38,036 nt of DNA from Chthoniobacteraceae bacterium (GCA_037190965.1 JBBCKI010000009.1:1-38036); one strand, 5' to 3'. Numbered from the stretch's first letter, positions 1-8,855 are shown. The notes: a model not told the origin generated them from the sequence alone. Numbers and translations: made by a program.

Positions 1-1640
1 GCTTCACCGAAGCGGTCCCGTTGCCCTTGGTGACCCCCCCGGTGATCAGCGCGCCCCCGCTGTTCAAACCTAAGGTACCCGCACTGCCGCCGTTAACGCC
101 CATGAAAACCCCTAAGGCGCTCACCACCCCGCCGTCTTCGAAGTCTAGCGTTCCGTTGTCGCCATTGGCGCTGCCGACCACCGTATCCGCCGTGCTGTGG
201 GAGATAGAGCCGTTCACCGCGAGCGTTCCGCTACGAACCGTGGTCCCGCCATTGTAGCTGTTGGAGCCGGAGAGACTGAGCACGCCGAGGCCTGACTTGG
301 TGAGCCCACCCGAGCCTGAAAGCGCGATGGAGACGCCGATGTTGTAGCCGTTGGTATCAAACGTGACTCCGCGTGAAGCCACCGTGACATCACTCGAAGC
401 AAGGTTGGAAAAATAGTTATTGTTATTCTGGCTTGCCCGGAGCGTGCCGCCATCGAACTTCACTGACGCGTTCCCAGCCCCCTTGCTAAGCATGCCGATG
501 ATCAGCGTGCCCCCGCTATTCAAAACCAAGCTACCAGCACTGCTGCCGTTAACGCCCATGGAAATCCCAAAGGCGTTCACCACCCCGCCGTTTTTGATGT
601 CTAGCGTTCCATTGTCGCCGTTGTCGCTGCCGACCACCATATCTTTCGCGTCGTGGGAGATGGAGCCATACACCGCGAGCGTTCCGCTACGAACCGTAGT
701 CCCACCACTGTAGCTGTTGGAGCCGGAGAGACTGAGCACGCCGAAGCCGGCTTGCACCAGCCTACCGTTGCCACTGATGATGTCGGCAAAGATCGCATCC
801 GAGCGGTTGAACACCAGCATGCCGTTGTTTACCACATTACCCATGATGCTGCCGGTCGTCCCGCCGTCGCCGATTTGCAGAGTGCCCGATTCGATCGTGG
901 TGCCACCACCGTAGGTATTGGTCCTGGAGAGCGTCAGCGTGCCGAGGCCCGACTTGGTGAGTCCACCCGAGCCTGAAAGTGCGGTGGAGACGCCGATGTT
1001 GTAACCGTTGGTATCAAACGTGACTCCACCTAAAGCCAACGTCACATCGTTCAAAGCAAGGTTGGAAAAATAGTTATTGTTATTCTGGCTCGCCCTGAGC
1101 GTGCCGCCATCGAACTTCACTGACACTGTCCCAGCCCCCTTGGAAAGCATGCCGGTGATCAGCGTTCCCCCGCTGTTCAAAACCAAGCTACCAGTACCGC
1201 CGCCGTTAACGTTCAAGGAAACCCCGGAGGCGCTCACCACCCCGCCGTTTTCGATGGCTAGCGTTCCATTGTCGCCAGAGCCCCTACCGATTACCACATT
1301 CGCCGTGCTGTGGGAGATGGAGCCGTTCACCGTGAGCGTTCCGCTACGAACCGTAGTCCCGCCACGGTAGCTGTTGGAGCCTGAGAGACTGAGCACGCCA
1401 GAGCCCGACTTGGTGAGCCCGCCCGCGCCCGAAAGCGCGGTGGAGACGCCGATGTTGTAGCCGTTGGTATCGAAATTAAGCCCGCCGGAAGCCAACGTCA
1501 GATCGCTTGAAGCAAGGTTGGTGAAATAGTCATGATGATCCTTGCTCGCCCGCAACGTGCCGCCATTAAAACTCACCGACGCCGTGCCCGCCCCCTTTGC
1601 AAACGCGTCGGCGGTCAGCGTGCCCCCGCTGTTCAGATTC
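1..1640 (-). repeat. About three copies of a 456-bp (152-aa) module plus one extra 201-bp beta-strand repeat unit
   Basis: GAGCGTTCCGCTACGAACCG occurs at 221, 677 and 1334 (spacings 456, 657). GTTGTA(G/A)CCGTTGGTATC occurs at 341, 998 and 1454 (spacings 657, 456). Confidence 0.85.
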
Positions 1641-3367
1641 AACCTGCCGACACCGCTGCCATCGGAACCGAAGTAAACGAGGGGAGTGTTCACCATCCCG
1701 CCGTTTTCGATATTCAGCGTGCCGGTGCCGGTAACGCCCATATACAAGACTTCGGTACTCGACCACGTACCGCGCACTGTTGCGCTGCCGTTGGAACCGA
1801 CACTATACCCCAAATAACCGACCGTATTGGATACGTAACCCCCTTGCTGGATATTCAGGGTACCGGTGCCGGAGTGGCCCACCAGCAGGTAATTGGAATT
1901 CACCCAAGTGCCACTGACTGTTGCGCTACCGTTGGAACGGTCAAAATATCCAATATCACCGATACCACTGGAGACGTACCCCCCTTGCTCGACATTGAGC
2001 GTGCCGGTGCCGCCGTAGCCTACAAACAAGGAATCGGAATTCGACCATGTGCCACTCACGGTCGCGATACCCTTGGAACCGGCTTGGTCCCCCAAATAGG
2101 CTTTCGAATTGATGACGGCTCCTCCCTGCACAATATTCAAGGTGCCGCTCCCGAATTGACCCACATGCAGAGATTGAGTATTCGTCAAGGTGCCACGCAC
2201 TGTCGCAGTGCCACTGGCGGTGGCACCATACCCCAGATAAGTCAATGCGCTGGAGACGCGCCCCCCTTGCTCGACATTGAGTGTGCCAGTGCCGGAGTGG
2301 CCAACAAACAAGGAATCGGAATTCGACCACGTGCCACTCACGGTCGCGGTGCCCTTGGAATCGGCACCATACCCCAGGTAACCCAAGGAATCGGAGACAT
2401 ATCCTTTTTGGGTGATATTCAAGGTGCCGGTGCCTCTGCTGCCGACGGTCAAGGAATTGGAATTGACCCACCTGCCACTCACCGTCGCGGTACCATTTGA
2501 ATTGGGATTCACTCCCAAATAACCGTCCCCATTGGAGACATATCCTCCCTGCTCGATAGTTAACATCCCGAAGCCGGAGTCGCCCAGTTGCAAGGAAGCG
2601 GAATTTGCCCAAGTGCCGCTCACGGTTGCGTTGCCGTTTCCGCCGGAATATCGGCCCAAAATACCCGTCGCATTGGAAACATACCCTCCTTGCCCGATCG
2701 TCAGCGTACCGGTGCCGAACTCGGCCACAACTAAGTCACCGGAATTCTCCCAAATGCCGTTCACTGTCGCGCTGCCGCTGGCATAGGTATTATACCCCAC
2801 AACCCCCTGCGCACTGGAGACGCGTCCCCCTTGCTCGATATTTAGCACGCCGGTGCCGTGGCGGCCCACGTACAGGGAAATGTTATTTATCCAGGTACCC
2901 CTCACTGTAGCGGTGCCGCTGGAACCGGCAAAACGTCCAATATCACCGACGCGAGTGACGACGTACCCCTCTCGTTCGATATTGAGCGTGCCATCACCAT
3001 AGTAGCCCACAAATAGGCCAGCAGAATTCAGCCAAGTGCCATTCACTGTCGCAGTGCCCCTGGAACCGGCATTATACCCCAAATACGCATCACTATTGGC
3101 GGCGACATACCCTCCTTGCCCGATATTGAGCGTGCCGGTGCCGGAGTAGCCCACAAATAAGCTACTATCCACGTTCCAGACCGTGACATCTTTCGTCTCA
3201 TTTGATCCCACATCTTTGCCGATATAGTCATAGGCTTGACTGGAAATCACCATGGTCGTGAAAACAAGAGACGTGATGATCGGGGCTCGCTTTTGGAGAA
3301 AGGAACGCTCGATGGCCCGTTTCTTGCGGGCCGCCGAGTGGCAGCGGGAAAATGGATTCTGCTTCAT
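1..3367 (-). CDS. Large repeat adhesin / autotransporter passenger-like protein (T5SS/PEP-CTERM-associated repeats, then autotransporter-associated beta-strand repeats); 3' end lies outside the window
   Basis: Translated by hand from ATG at 3367 (MKQNPFSR...IITSLVFTTMVISSQA-YDYIG, signal-peptide-like). The frame stays open to base 2 (1122 codons). Repeats of type WxNSxSLxVGxxGTGTLNIxxGGxV...G..GxATVxG are followed by GLTKSGxGxLxLSGxNxYxGGTTVxxGTL repeats. Absent from the ORF track because no stop codon is in the window. Confidence 0.92.
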   Translation of the reverse strand, partial: MKQNPFSRCHSAARKKRAIERSFLQKRAPIITSLVFTTMVISSQAYDYIGKDVGSNETKDVTVWNVDSSLFVGYSGTGTLNIGQGGYVAANSDAYLGYNAGSRGTATVNGTWLNSAGLFVGYYGDGTLNIEREGYVVTRVGDIGRFAGSSGTATVRGTWINNISLYVGRHGTGVLNIEQGGRVSSAQGVVGYNTYASGSATVNGIWENSGDLVVAEFGTGTLTIGQGGYVSNATGILGRYSGGNGNATVSGTWANSASLQLGDSGFGMLTIEQGGYVSNGDGYLGVNPNSNGTATVSGRWVNSNSLTVGSRGTGTLNITQKGYVSDSLGYLGYGADSKGTATVSGTWSNSDSLFVGHSGTGTLNVEQGGRVSSALTYLGYGATASGTATVRGTLTNTQSLHVGQFGSGTLNIVQGGAVINSKAYLGDQAGSKGIATVSGTWSNSDSLFVGYGGTGTLNVEQGGYVSSGIGDIGYFDRSNGSATVSGTWVNSNYLLVGHSGTGTLNIQQGGYVSNTVGYLGYSVGSNGSATVRGTWSSTEVLYMGVTGTGTLNIENGGMVNTPLVYFGSDGSGVGRLNLNSGGTLTADAFAKGAGTASVSFNGGTLRASKDHHDYFTNLASSDLTLASGGLNFDTNGYNIGVSTALSGAGGLTKSGSGVLSLSGSNSYRGGTTVRSGTLTVNGSISHSTANVVIGRGSGDNGTLAIENGGVVSASGVSLNVNGGGTGSLVLNSGGTLITGMLSKGAGTVSVKFDGGTLRASQNNNNYFSNLALNDVTLALGGVTFDTNGYNIGVSTALSGSGGLTKSGLGTLTLSRTNTYGGGTTIESGTLQIGDGGTTGSIMGNVVNNGMLVFNRSDAIFADIISGNGRLVQAGFGVLSLSGSNSYSGGTTVRSGTLAVYGSISHDAKDMVVGSDNGDNGTLDIKNGGVVNAFGISMGVNGSSAGSLVLNSGGTLIIGMLSKGAGNASVKFDGGTLRASQNNNNYFSNLASSDVTVASRGVTFDTNGYNIGVSIALSGSGGLTKSGLGVLSLSGSNSYNGGTTVRSGTLAVNGSISHSTADTVVGSANGDNGTLDFEDGGVVSALGVFMGVNGGSAGTLGLNSGGALITGGVTKGNGTASVK
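1690..3190 (-). repeat. 11 tandem 141-bp (47-aa) coding repeats
   Basis: The GTL(N/T)(I/V) anchor recurs at 1710, 1851, 1992, 2133, 2274, 2415, 2556, 2697, 2838, 2979 and 3123 (period 141, last step 144). Confidence 0.9.
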
Positions 3368-3706
3368 GTAGGGCGGGGTCGTTGAATCAGTAATTGTCGC
3401 AATTCTGCGAAAATTATCAAAATTGTGAATTTCTTATACGCACCCAATCGCACTTCGTATAGAAATTTTGCGAACACGGCGCAGCCAGTCGTCCACCGAA
3501 CAGCTTCAACCGCACCATTCAACAAGATGTCAGCTTTGCCCAGTTCGAGTTTGCCGGAAAGAGAACCAACCGGCGCGAACAATTCCTTGCGGGGATAGAA
3601 AAGGTCATCCCAGAGGAGCGGCTAGTGGCCTTGATTGCTGCACGTTGGATACGATTCCTCCCATCCCGGAGTGAACGTAAGTGCACAAAGGGCCGAAAAA
3701 CTAGAT

Positions 3707-4423
3707 CTAACCCCCAAGCCATCTGGCAAAAAGGACAAGGACGGCAATCCGTACCTCTACTACACCTCCAACAACGTCAGTAAGGACGGCAAAGCAGCTA
3801 CTTGCACCGTGCAAAATGTTCCTGCTTGGTCAATGGACGATTTCGTCCTTCAGGTCATCGGCGAAATTGGTCGCAATCCCGAGATTATCAAGACGGCGAT
3901 AGCTGCTTCGAATGAGGAGAAGAATAAATCAATTCGTCCCCTCAAAACGAAGTTGGCCGAACTTCAACGCCGCCACACAGACCTGAACGAGGAACTTCAG
4001 CATTACCTGAAGCTCTCTCGACAGCCCGGTTCTGAGCACTTGGCGTAGGAAATGTTGGTGTAGGCAGAGGGACTGGCAAACAAAAGCACGAACTGGAACA
4101 GGAGATCGCGAAAGTCAAAATCGACATCACCTATCACGAACGAGTCGTTACGGATGAGAAACTCATTGCCAACGCTTTGCTGACCTTTGATCGAACGGCT
4201 CACATCCTCCCATTCGAGGACCACGCCAGTTGATCCAGCTCCTTTTGCGGCAGATTCGAGTTAACCGCCTTGACCCGAAAAAAGACGCGATTCCGGTGGA
4301 TTCAGAGGCCCTGAATACAGAAATGCGAACTCAATGGTATGCGGTTAACTTTGAGTTTTACGCAAGTGACTTAATTTCAAGGCCTTGCGAAAACGGCGTT
4401 TTGAGTTCGCATTTGGATCAAAA
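3707..4423 (+). pseudogene. Large serine recombinase/integrase remnant (zinc-ribbon and coiled-coil C-terminal half)
   Basis: LTPKPSGKKDKDGNPYLYYTS...KDGKAATCTVQNVPA resembles the zinc-ribbon motif. It is followed by a coiled coil (LKTKLAELQRRHTDLNEEL...KHELEQEIAKVK) and ...LPFED/RQLIQLLLRQIRV. In-frame TAG at 4046 and 4061, frameshifts near 4083 and 4224, and no N-terminal catalytic domain. Abuts the tRNA 3' end. Confidence 0.75.
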
Positions 4424-4511
4424 TGGCGGAGGGGGTGGGATTCGAACCCACGGTGCCTTGCGGCACTCCAGTTTTCAAGACTGGCGCAATAGACCACTCT
4501 ACCACCCCTCC
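4424..4511 (-). tRNA. tRNA-Ser(TGA), CCA encoded
   Basis: GGAGGGG...CCCCTCC-G-CCA acceptor stem; anticodon arm CCAGT-CTTGAAA-ACTGG; long variable arm GTGCC-GCAA-GGCAC; T arm GGTTCGAATCC. Confidence 0.97.
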
Positions 4512-4689
4512 GAAAGAGTGAATCTCTACTAAGTCGCCGAGTTTCGGTTTTGGCAAGACCAGAAGTGCCAACCCGAGAATTTGATCGTTGAGCCAAACTC
4601 CTTGATTGGATCGTAAAAGGGAATAGTCTCGCACAATTGAGAGATATTCCCCCCCGGGAATCCCAAGCGTTTCGCCGTCCCCGCTCCCA

Positions 4690-6648
4690 ATGACTTTCCA
4701 TTCTGAATGTGCCGGAAAATTACAAAACACAGCACCTTGCGACCAAGACCGAAACCAGGGCCACGAATGGCTGGCTTTTGAGGAAGCCCCCGTTGCGTTG
4801 GCTCAGATTTCGCCGGAAGGGGTCTGCCTGAGGCTGAATCGTCGTCTTCGCGTGCTTCTGGGGCACAATGACGTTAAGGTCCAGGAGGTCGGGATCGACA
4901 GTCTGGTCCACTCGGCGGATGCCGCGGTGGGCAGGCGCGCCCGCGCCCGTCTGCTTCTGGGCGAGTTGGGAGAGTGCGCTTACGAGCAACGTTTCATCCG
5001 GGAGGATGGATCGATCCTTCCGGCCCGCCTCACGGCTTCCCTGGTTCGCAACGAAGAGGGTAAGCCGCTTTTTTTTCTCATTGTTGTCGAAAAACGGGCT
5101 CCGGTTCATGCCGACGAGGTTGAATGGAAGGAATGCTACGAAATCATTCTCCGGGCGACGCGGCAGGTCATGTATGAGCTCGATCCGGAGTCCGATGAGA
5201 TGAAGTTGAGCGGCGACGTGCAGAGCCTGACCGGCTATACCCTCGAAGAATTGTCCGGCGGCTGGGATTGCTGGAAGGAGCGCATTCATCAGGAAGACCG
5301 GCACCTGTTGGAGCAACGGCGCCTTTCCTCCGCCGGCGGTAAGCCGTATCACCTGGAGTACCGGCTTTTGCGCAAGGACGGCTCTGTTGCCAACATTCGC
5401 GATGACGGCTGTGTGGTCACGGGCAGTGCGCCGGGGAAGCGGCGGATTATTGGGGTGTTGCTCGACGTTTCCGAACAGCGCAACCTGGCGCATCAGCTTC
5501 AGCATGCCCAAAAAATGGAGGTCTTCGGCCGTCTGGCCGGGGGCGTGGCGCATGATTTCAACAACCTGCTTACCGTATTCAGCGGATACACCGAGTTGCT
5601 GCTGGCTGAGTTTTCGGGGAACGACCCCAAGTGCGAGTACCTGGAGGAAATGCAGCGCGCGACGGAACGCGCGGTGGCGTTGACTTCGCAGTTGCTCGCC
5701 TTCGGTCGTCTCCAACGTTCCACCCCCCGGTTGATGCACATGGGGGAGGTCCTGCTGGATCTCCGCAAGATGCTTCGGCGTCTGATCGGTGAGGACATCG
5801 AACTGGTCACGACGGTTGCCGACGGGATCGGCCTGGTTTATGCGGACCCGCGCCAGATTGAAACGGTGCTCATCAATCTTGCCGTCAACGCGCGCGACGC
5901 CATGCCGCACGGCGGGCGGCTCTCCATCGAAACCTCCAATTGCCATATCCGCGCTTCAGACCGCCGGGTCGCGGCGGGGTTGGCTCCCGGTTCCTACGTC
6001 CAGATTGCCGTCAGCGACACCGGCGTCGGCATCGATCCGTCGCTTTTTGAGCGAATTTTCGAGCCGTTCTTCACCACCAAGGGACCAGGGGAGGGCACCG
6101 GCCTCGGTCTTTCCACCTGCTATGGCATCATCGAACAGTGTGGGGGGCGCATCGAAGTGGAAAGCTCACCCGGGAAGGGGAGTACCTTCCGGGTCTGTCT
6201 CCCCCGGGTGCGCCGGCAGGAGGGAGCGGAAACAGGAAAGGAACGCTCGGGAGATCGCACGCGGGATACGCTCCCCCGGGGCAAGGGCGAAACGATTCTG
6301 TTTGTCGAAGACGATCCCGCCGTGCAACGAATCTACACGACCATGCTCCGGCGGCTCGGGTACAAGGTTCTTCCCGGCTCCAACGGCGACGAAGCAATGC
6401 GGATCGCGGGGGAGCATCCGGAAATTTCGCTTGTACTTACCGATCTCGTTATGCCTTTGATGAGCGGCACCGAACTTGCCGAAGAACTTCGCCATTTGTT
6501 GCCCAACGCCAAGATTGTGCTCATCTCGGGATACGCATCGGAGCCCGGGGGGCATTCCAGCCCGATAAAAGGTACGACATTTCTTCCCAAGCCGCTCTCA
6601 CGTGATACCCTCGCCTGCAAACTCCGCGAACTCATTGAAAGCGCCTGA
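4690..6648 (+). CDS. Cytoplasmic hybrid sensor histidine kinase (PAS-PAS-HisKA-HATPase-REC, CckA-like architecture)
   Basis: Two PAS/PAC-like regions; H-box LAGGVAHDFNNLL; N-box NLAVNARDAM; DTGVGI; FFTTKGPGEGTGLGLS; C-terminal receiver (FVEDD...TDLVMP...PKP). No transmembrane segment seen. Confidence 0.93.
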   Translation: MTFHSECAGKLQNTAPCDQDRNQGHEWLAFEEAPVALAQISPEGVCLRLNRRLRVLLGHNDVKVQEVGIDSLVHSADAAVGRRARARLLLGELGECAYEQRFIREDGSILPARLTASLVRNEEGKPLFFLIVVEKRAPVHADEVEWKECYEIILRATRQVMYELDPESDEMKLSGDVQSLTGYTLEELSGGWDCWKERIHQEDRHLLEQRRLSSAGGKPYHLEYRLLRKDGSVANIRDDGCVVTGSAPGKRRIIGVLLDVSEQRNLAHQLQHAQKMEVFGRLAGGVAHDFNNLLTVFSGYTELLLAEFSGNDPKCEYLEEMQRATERAVALTSQLLAFGRLQRSTPRLMHMGEVLLDLRKMLRRLIGEDIELVTTVADGIGLVYADPRQIETVLINLAVNARDAMPHGGRLSIETSNCHIRASDRRVAAGLAPGSYVQIAVSDTGVGIDPSLFERIFEPFFTTKGPGEGTGLGLSTCYGIIEQCGGRIEVESSPGKGSTFRVCLPRVRRQEGAETGKERSGDRTRDTLPRGKGETILFVEDDPAVQRIYTTMLRRLGYKVLPGSNGDEAMRIAGEHPEISLVLTDLVMPLMSGTELAEELRHLLPNAKIVLISGYASEPGGHSSPIKGTTFLPKPLSRDTLACKLRELIESA

Positions 6649-7318
6649 ACTTTCCATCTTGCTGACAGAGGATGAACCCGACGTTGCCCGGTACATTACC
6701 ACGGTGCTCAAAACGCTGGGTCACCGGGTCGTGGCCGTCGCTTCCGAGGGGCACGAAGCGGTTGATCTCGCCCTCAAGCTGAGCCCCGATCTTGTGATCA
6801 TGGACATCGATCTTCCCAAGATGAACGGGGCGACGGCGGCCCGAAAAATTCTGGAGCGAAGCAGTGTTCCCGTGATCATCTGCACGGGTCGTAGCGACGA
6901 CGACGCCCTGGAGAGCCTGCGGGCGCTCAACGTCCAGGCTTACCTGAACAAGCCCTTCAGCGCCGTACAACTCAAGTCCGCCATCGCGATCACCCTCGCG
7001 CAGTACGATCTGCACGATCAGGCGCGGCGAAAGATCCTGGAACTGAGCGGCGTGCTTGAAAAGGGAGGGGGACTTGCGGACGCCGCGGTGCTCACCGCCC
7101 AGCGCCTGCAGGAGATCGGGCTCACCAAGCGCGAGGCCGAGGTTCTTCATTGGGTGGCCCAGGGCAAATCGAACGGCGACATCGCCATCATCCTGGAAAG
7201 CTCCCCCCGCACGGTCGCCAAGCATATCGAACACGTTTTTCTCAAACTCGGCGTGGAAAGCCGGACGGCTGCCGTTGCCGAAGCCCGACGGCGGCTCCAG
7301 GAGGCTGACAAGGAGTAA
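6635..7318 (+). CDS. Response regulator, REC plus LuxR-type HTH
   Basis: LLTEDE...MDIDLP...YLNKPF receiver; LTKREAEVLHWVAQGKSNGDIAIILESSPRTVAKHIEHVFLKLGV HTH. Overlaps the kinase stop. Start TTG 6635 is a guess (ORF opens at 6602). Confidence 0.92.
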   Translation: MKAPELSILLTEDEPDVARYITTVLKTLGHRVVAVASEGHEAVDLALKLSPDLVIMDIDLPKMNGATAARKILERSSVPVIICTGRSDDDALESLRALNVQAYLNKPFSAVQLKSAIAITLAQYDLHDQARRKILELSGVLEKGGGLADAAVLTAQRLQEIGLTKREAEVLHWVAQGKSNGDIAIILESSPRTVAKHIEHVFLKLGVESRTAAVAEARRRLQEADKE

Positions 7319-7350
7319 ACCGGAGGTATCTTGAAGGTGGCATTGATCGT

Positions 7351-8103
7351 ATGAAACCACTCTGTTTTCTCTTCATTCTCCTCATGAGCGCCACCGGTTT
7401 TGCAGCGAATCTCTCTCCCGCGGAGGCCCAGCGCGTCGGCCGGATGGTTTGGAAGAACGAGTGCGCGGGAACGGTGGAAGGACTCGTCTCCTGGAACAAG
7501 GGTGAGGAGTTTCCATCGTTGGGAATTGGTCATTTCATCTGGTATCCCACCAATAAACGGGGACCGTTTGACGAATCGTTTCCGAGGCTCGTCGTGCTTT
7601 TTGCGGAACGCGGCCTCAAGCCGCCCGCCTGGGCGCGCGGTGCCGCTCCGTGGCAGACCAGCGCCGAAATGGCCCGCGATCCCGCCCGCGTGAAAGAACT
7701 CCGCGGCTTTCTCTCGCAGCCAAAAGCCATCGAGGTGCAGACCGAGTTTTTGATCCAACGGCTCGACGCCGCCTTGCCAAAAATGCTGGAGGTCGCTCCC
7801 GCCTCGTCCCGGAGCCGGGTTCGCAAGAATTTTGAACGCCTCTCCGCCACTCCCGCCGGGATTTTCGCGTTGATCGATTACGTTAACTTCAAGGGTGAAG
7901 GCATTCTCCCGACTGAGCGTTACAAGGGGGAAGGGTGGGGGCTGCTTCAGGTTCTGGAAGGGATGCGAGGGGATGGCGACGCCGTGCGGGAGTTTTCCGA
8001 TTCCGCCAAGCAGGTACTTGCCCGCCGTGTTCGCAATTCACCGCCCGAACGGGGCGAAGGGCGCTGGCTTCCCGGCTGGCAGGCTCGCGTGGGGCGGTAT
8101 TGA
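7351..8103 (+). CDS. Secreted conserved hypothetical protein
   Basis: Signal peptide (MKPLCFLFILLMSATGFA); motifs WKNECAG, SWNKGEEFPSLGIGHFIWYP, DYVNFKGEG, RYKGEGWGLLQVL. Confidence 0.8.
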   Translation: MKPLCFLFILLMSATGFAANLSPAEAQRVGRMVWKNECAGTVEGLVSWNKGEEFPSLGIGHFIWYPTNKRGPFDESFPRLVVLFAERGLKPPAWARGAAPWQTSAEMARDPARVKELRGFLSQPKAIEVQTEFLIQRLDAALPKMLEVAPASSRSRVRKNFERLSATPAGIFALIDYVNFKGEGILPTERYKGEGWGLLQVLEGMRGDGDAVREFSDSAKQVLARRVRNSPPERGEGRWLPGWQARVGRY

Positions 8104-8129
8104 TCGTTTCCAGTGGAGGATGGGCAAAA

Positions 8130-8283
8130 GGTAGTCCGCTCGCGCCGTCGAGCGCGGGCATTGATGAAGAGTCGCGTTTTGTGCCCATCCCAGCAGGACG
8201 GTGCTGCCGGGTTTGGGATGCGGCCTCATGAAGCCACGGGCCCGCGCTCGACGGCGCGAGCGTGCTACCGGTGCTGCCGCACC
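8130..8283. repeat. REPIN/MITE-like element, family A (GTAG-ended REP doublet), copy A1
   Basis: GGTAGTCCGCTCGCGCCGTCGAGCGCGGGC ... GCCCGCGCTCGACGGCGCGAGCGTGCTACC terminal inverted repeats; inverted homologue at 32666-32835. Confidence 0.85.
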
Positions 8284-8317
8284 GGCTTCTCCAGGCCTTG
8301 TCTTCTTCCTCGAGGTG

Positions 8318-8354
8318 AAAAGAAACGCCGCGCCGTGATGAACGGCGCGGCGTT
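8318..8354 (-). terminator. Intrinsic terminator-like hairpin after the 8379-8855 gene
   Basis: Perfect 13-bp stem AACGCCGCGCCGT/ACGGCGCGGCGTT, followed by TCTTTT on the minus strand. Confidence 0.65.
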
Positions 8355-8378
8355 CCTTAACTCCAACTTACCTCCCTC

Positions 8379-8855
8379 TTAGTACTGGGACTTCTTCTCT
8401 GCCGCTTTTTCCTTTACCCTGGTTTTGAGGTGCTCCTTCGCCTGTTTTTCAGCCACGGTTGGCGGACCCACCCTCAGCGTTTTCACTTCCAAGGTGCCGT
8501 CGGGACGTTTCCAGTACGATCCCCGGATCTCTTCACCCTTCGCCAGATCGGAGAACTTCGCCCGGTTTCCCAGTTTCGAAATCAACGTCTGATCGGTGAT
8601 TACGAACGTCCGCCCTGTCCCTGCCCTGGAGACTAAGGCGAATTTCTTCCCATGAGCGTCGATGACCGAGATTCTCCCGTGAAATGGGAGTGGCCGCTGT
8701 GCCTTGGAGGCGAGCGGGCTTGGGCTCGTCATGGCATGAGAAGGCGCGGGGCTGTACATGGGCTGCGTCGCCTCTCTCTTTTTGGCTTGCGAGGAGTAAG
8801 GCGCCACCACGGCGAGCGCGAGCGCCAAAGCTCCAGTTAGAATTTTCGTTTTCAT
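8379..8855 (-). CDS. Secreted basic hypothetical protein (possible DUF5666-like OB fold)
   Basis: Signal peptide MKTKILTGALALALAVVAPYSSQA; FHGRISVID...FVITDQTLISK...FSDLAKGEEIRGSY pattern; AAAGGA RBS upstream. Confidence 0.75.
   Translation of the reverse strand: MKTKILTGALALALAVVAPYSSQAKKREATQPMYSPAPSHAMTSPSPLASKAQRPLPFHGRISVIDAHGKKFALVSRAGTGRTFVITDQTLISKLGNRAKFSDLAKGEEIRGSYWKRPDGTLEVKTLRVGPPTVAEKQAKEHLKTRVKEKAAEKKSQY

Noticed and set aside
21..2910. Plus-strand ORFs over the first 3 kb (e.g. 1532-2500) and short alternate-frame minus ORFs
   Set aside because: Shadows of the repetitive minus-strand adhesin frame, which is open throughout and has recognisable repeat motifs.
1690..3190. Regular 141-bp periodicity as a possible CRISPR array or DGR template
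   Set aside because: The period is a multiple of 3 inside an open frame, there is no invariant repeat plus unique spacer structure, and no cas or reverse transcriptase gene is in the window.
4046..4063. Two close in-frame TAG codons as possible stop-codon recoding
   Set aside because: The same gene also has two frameshifts and has lost its N-terminus, and TAG ends normal genes in the window (e.g. argF). Decay is the simpler explanation.
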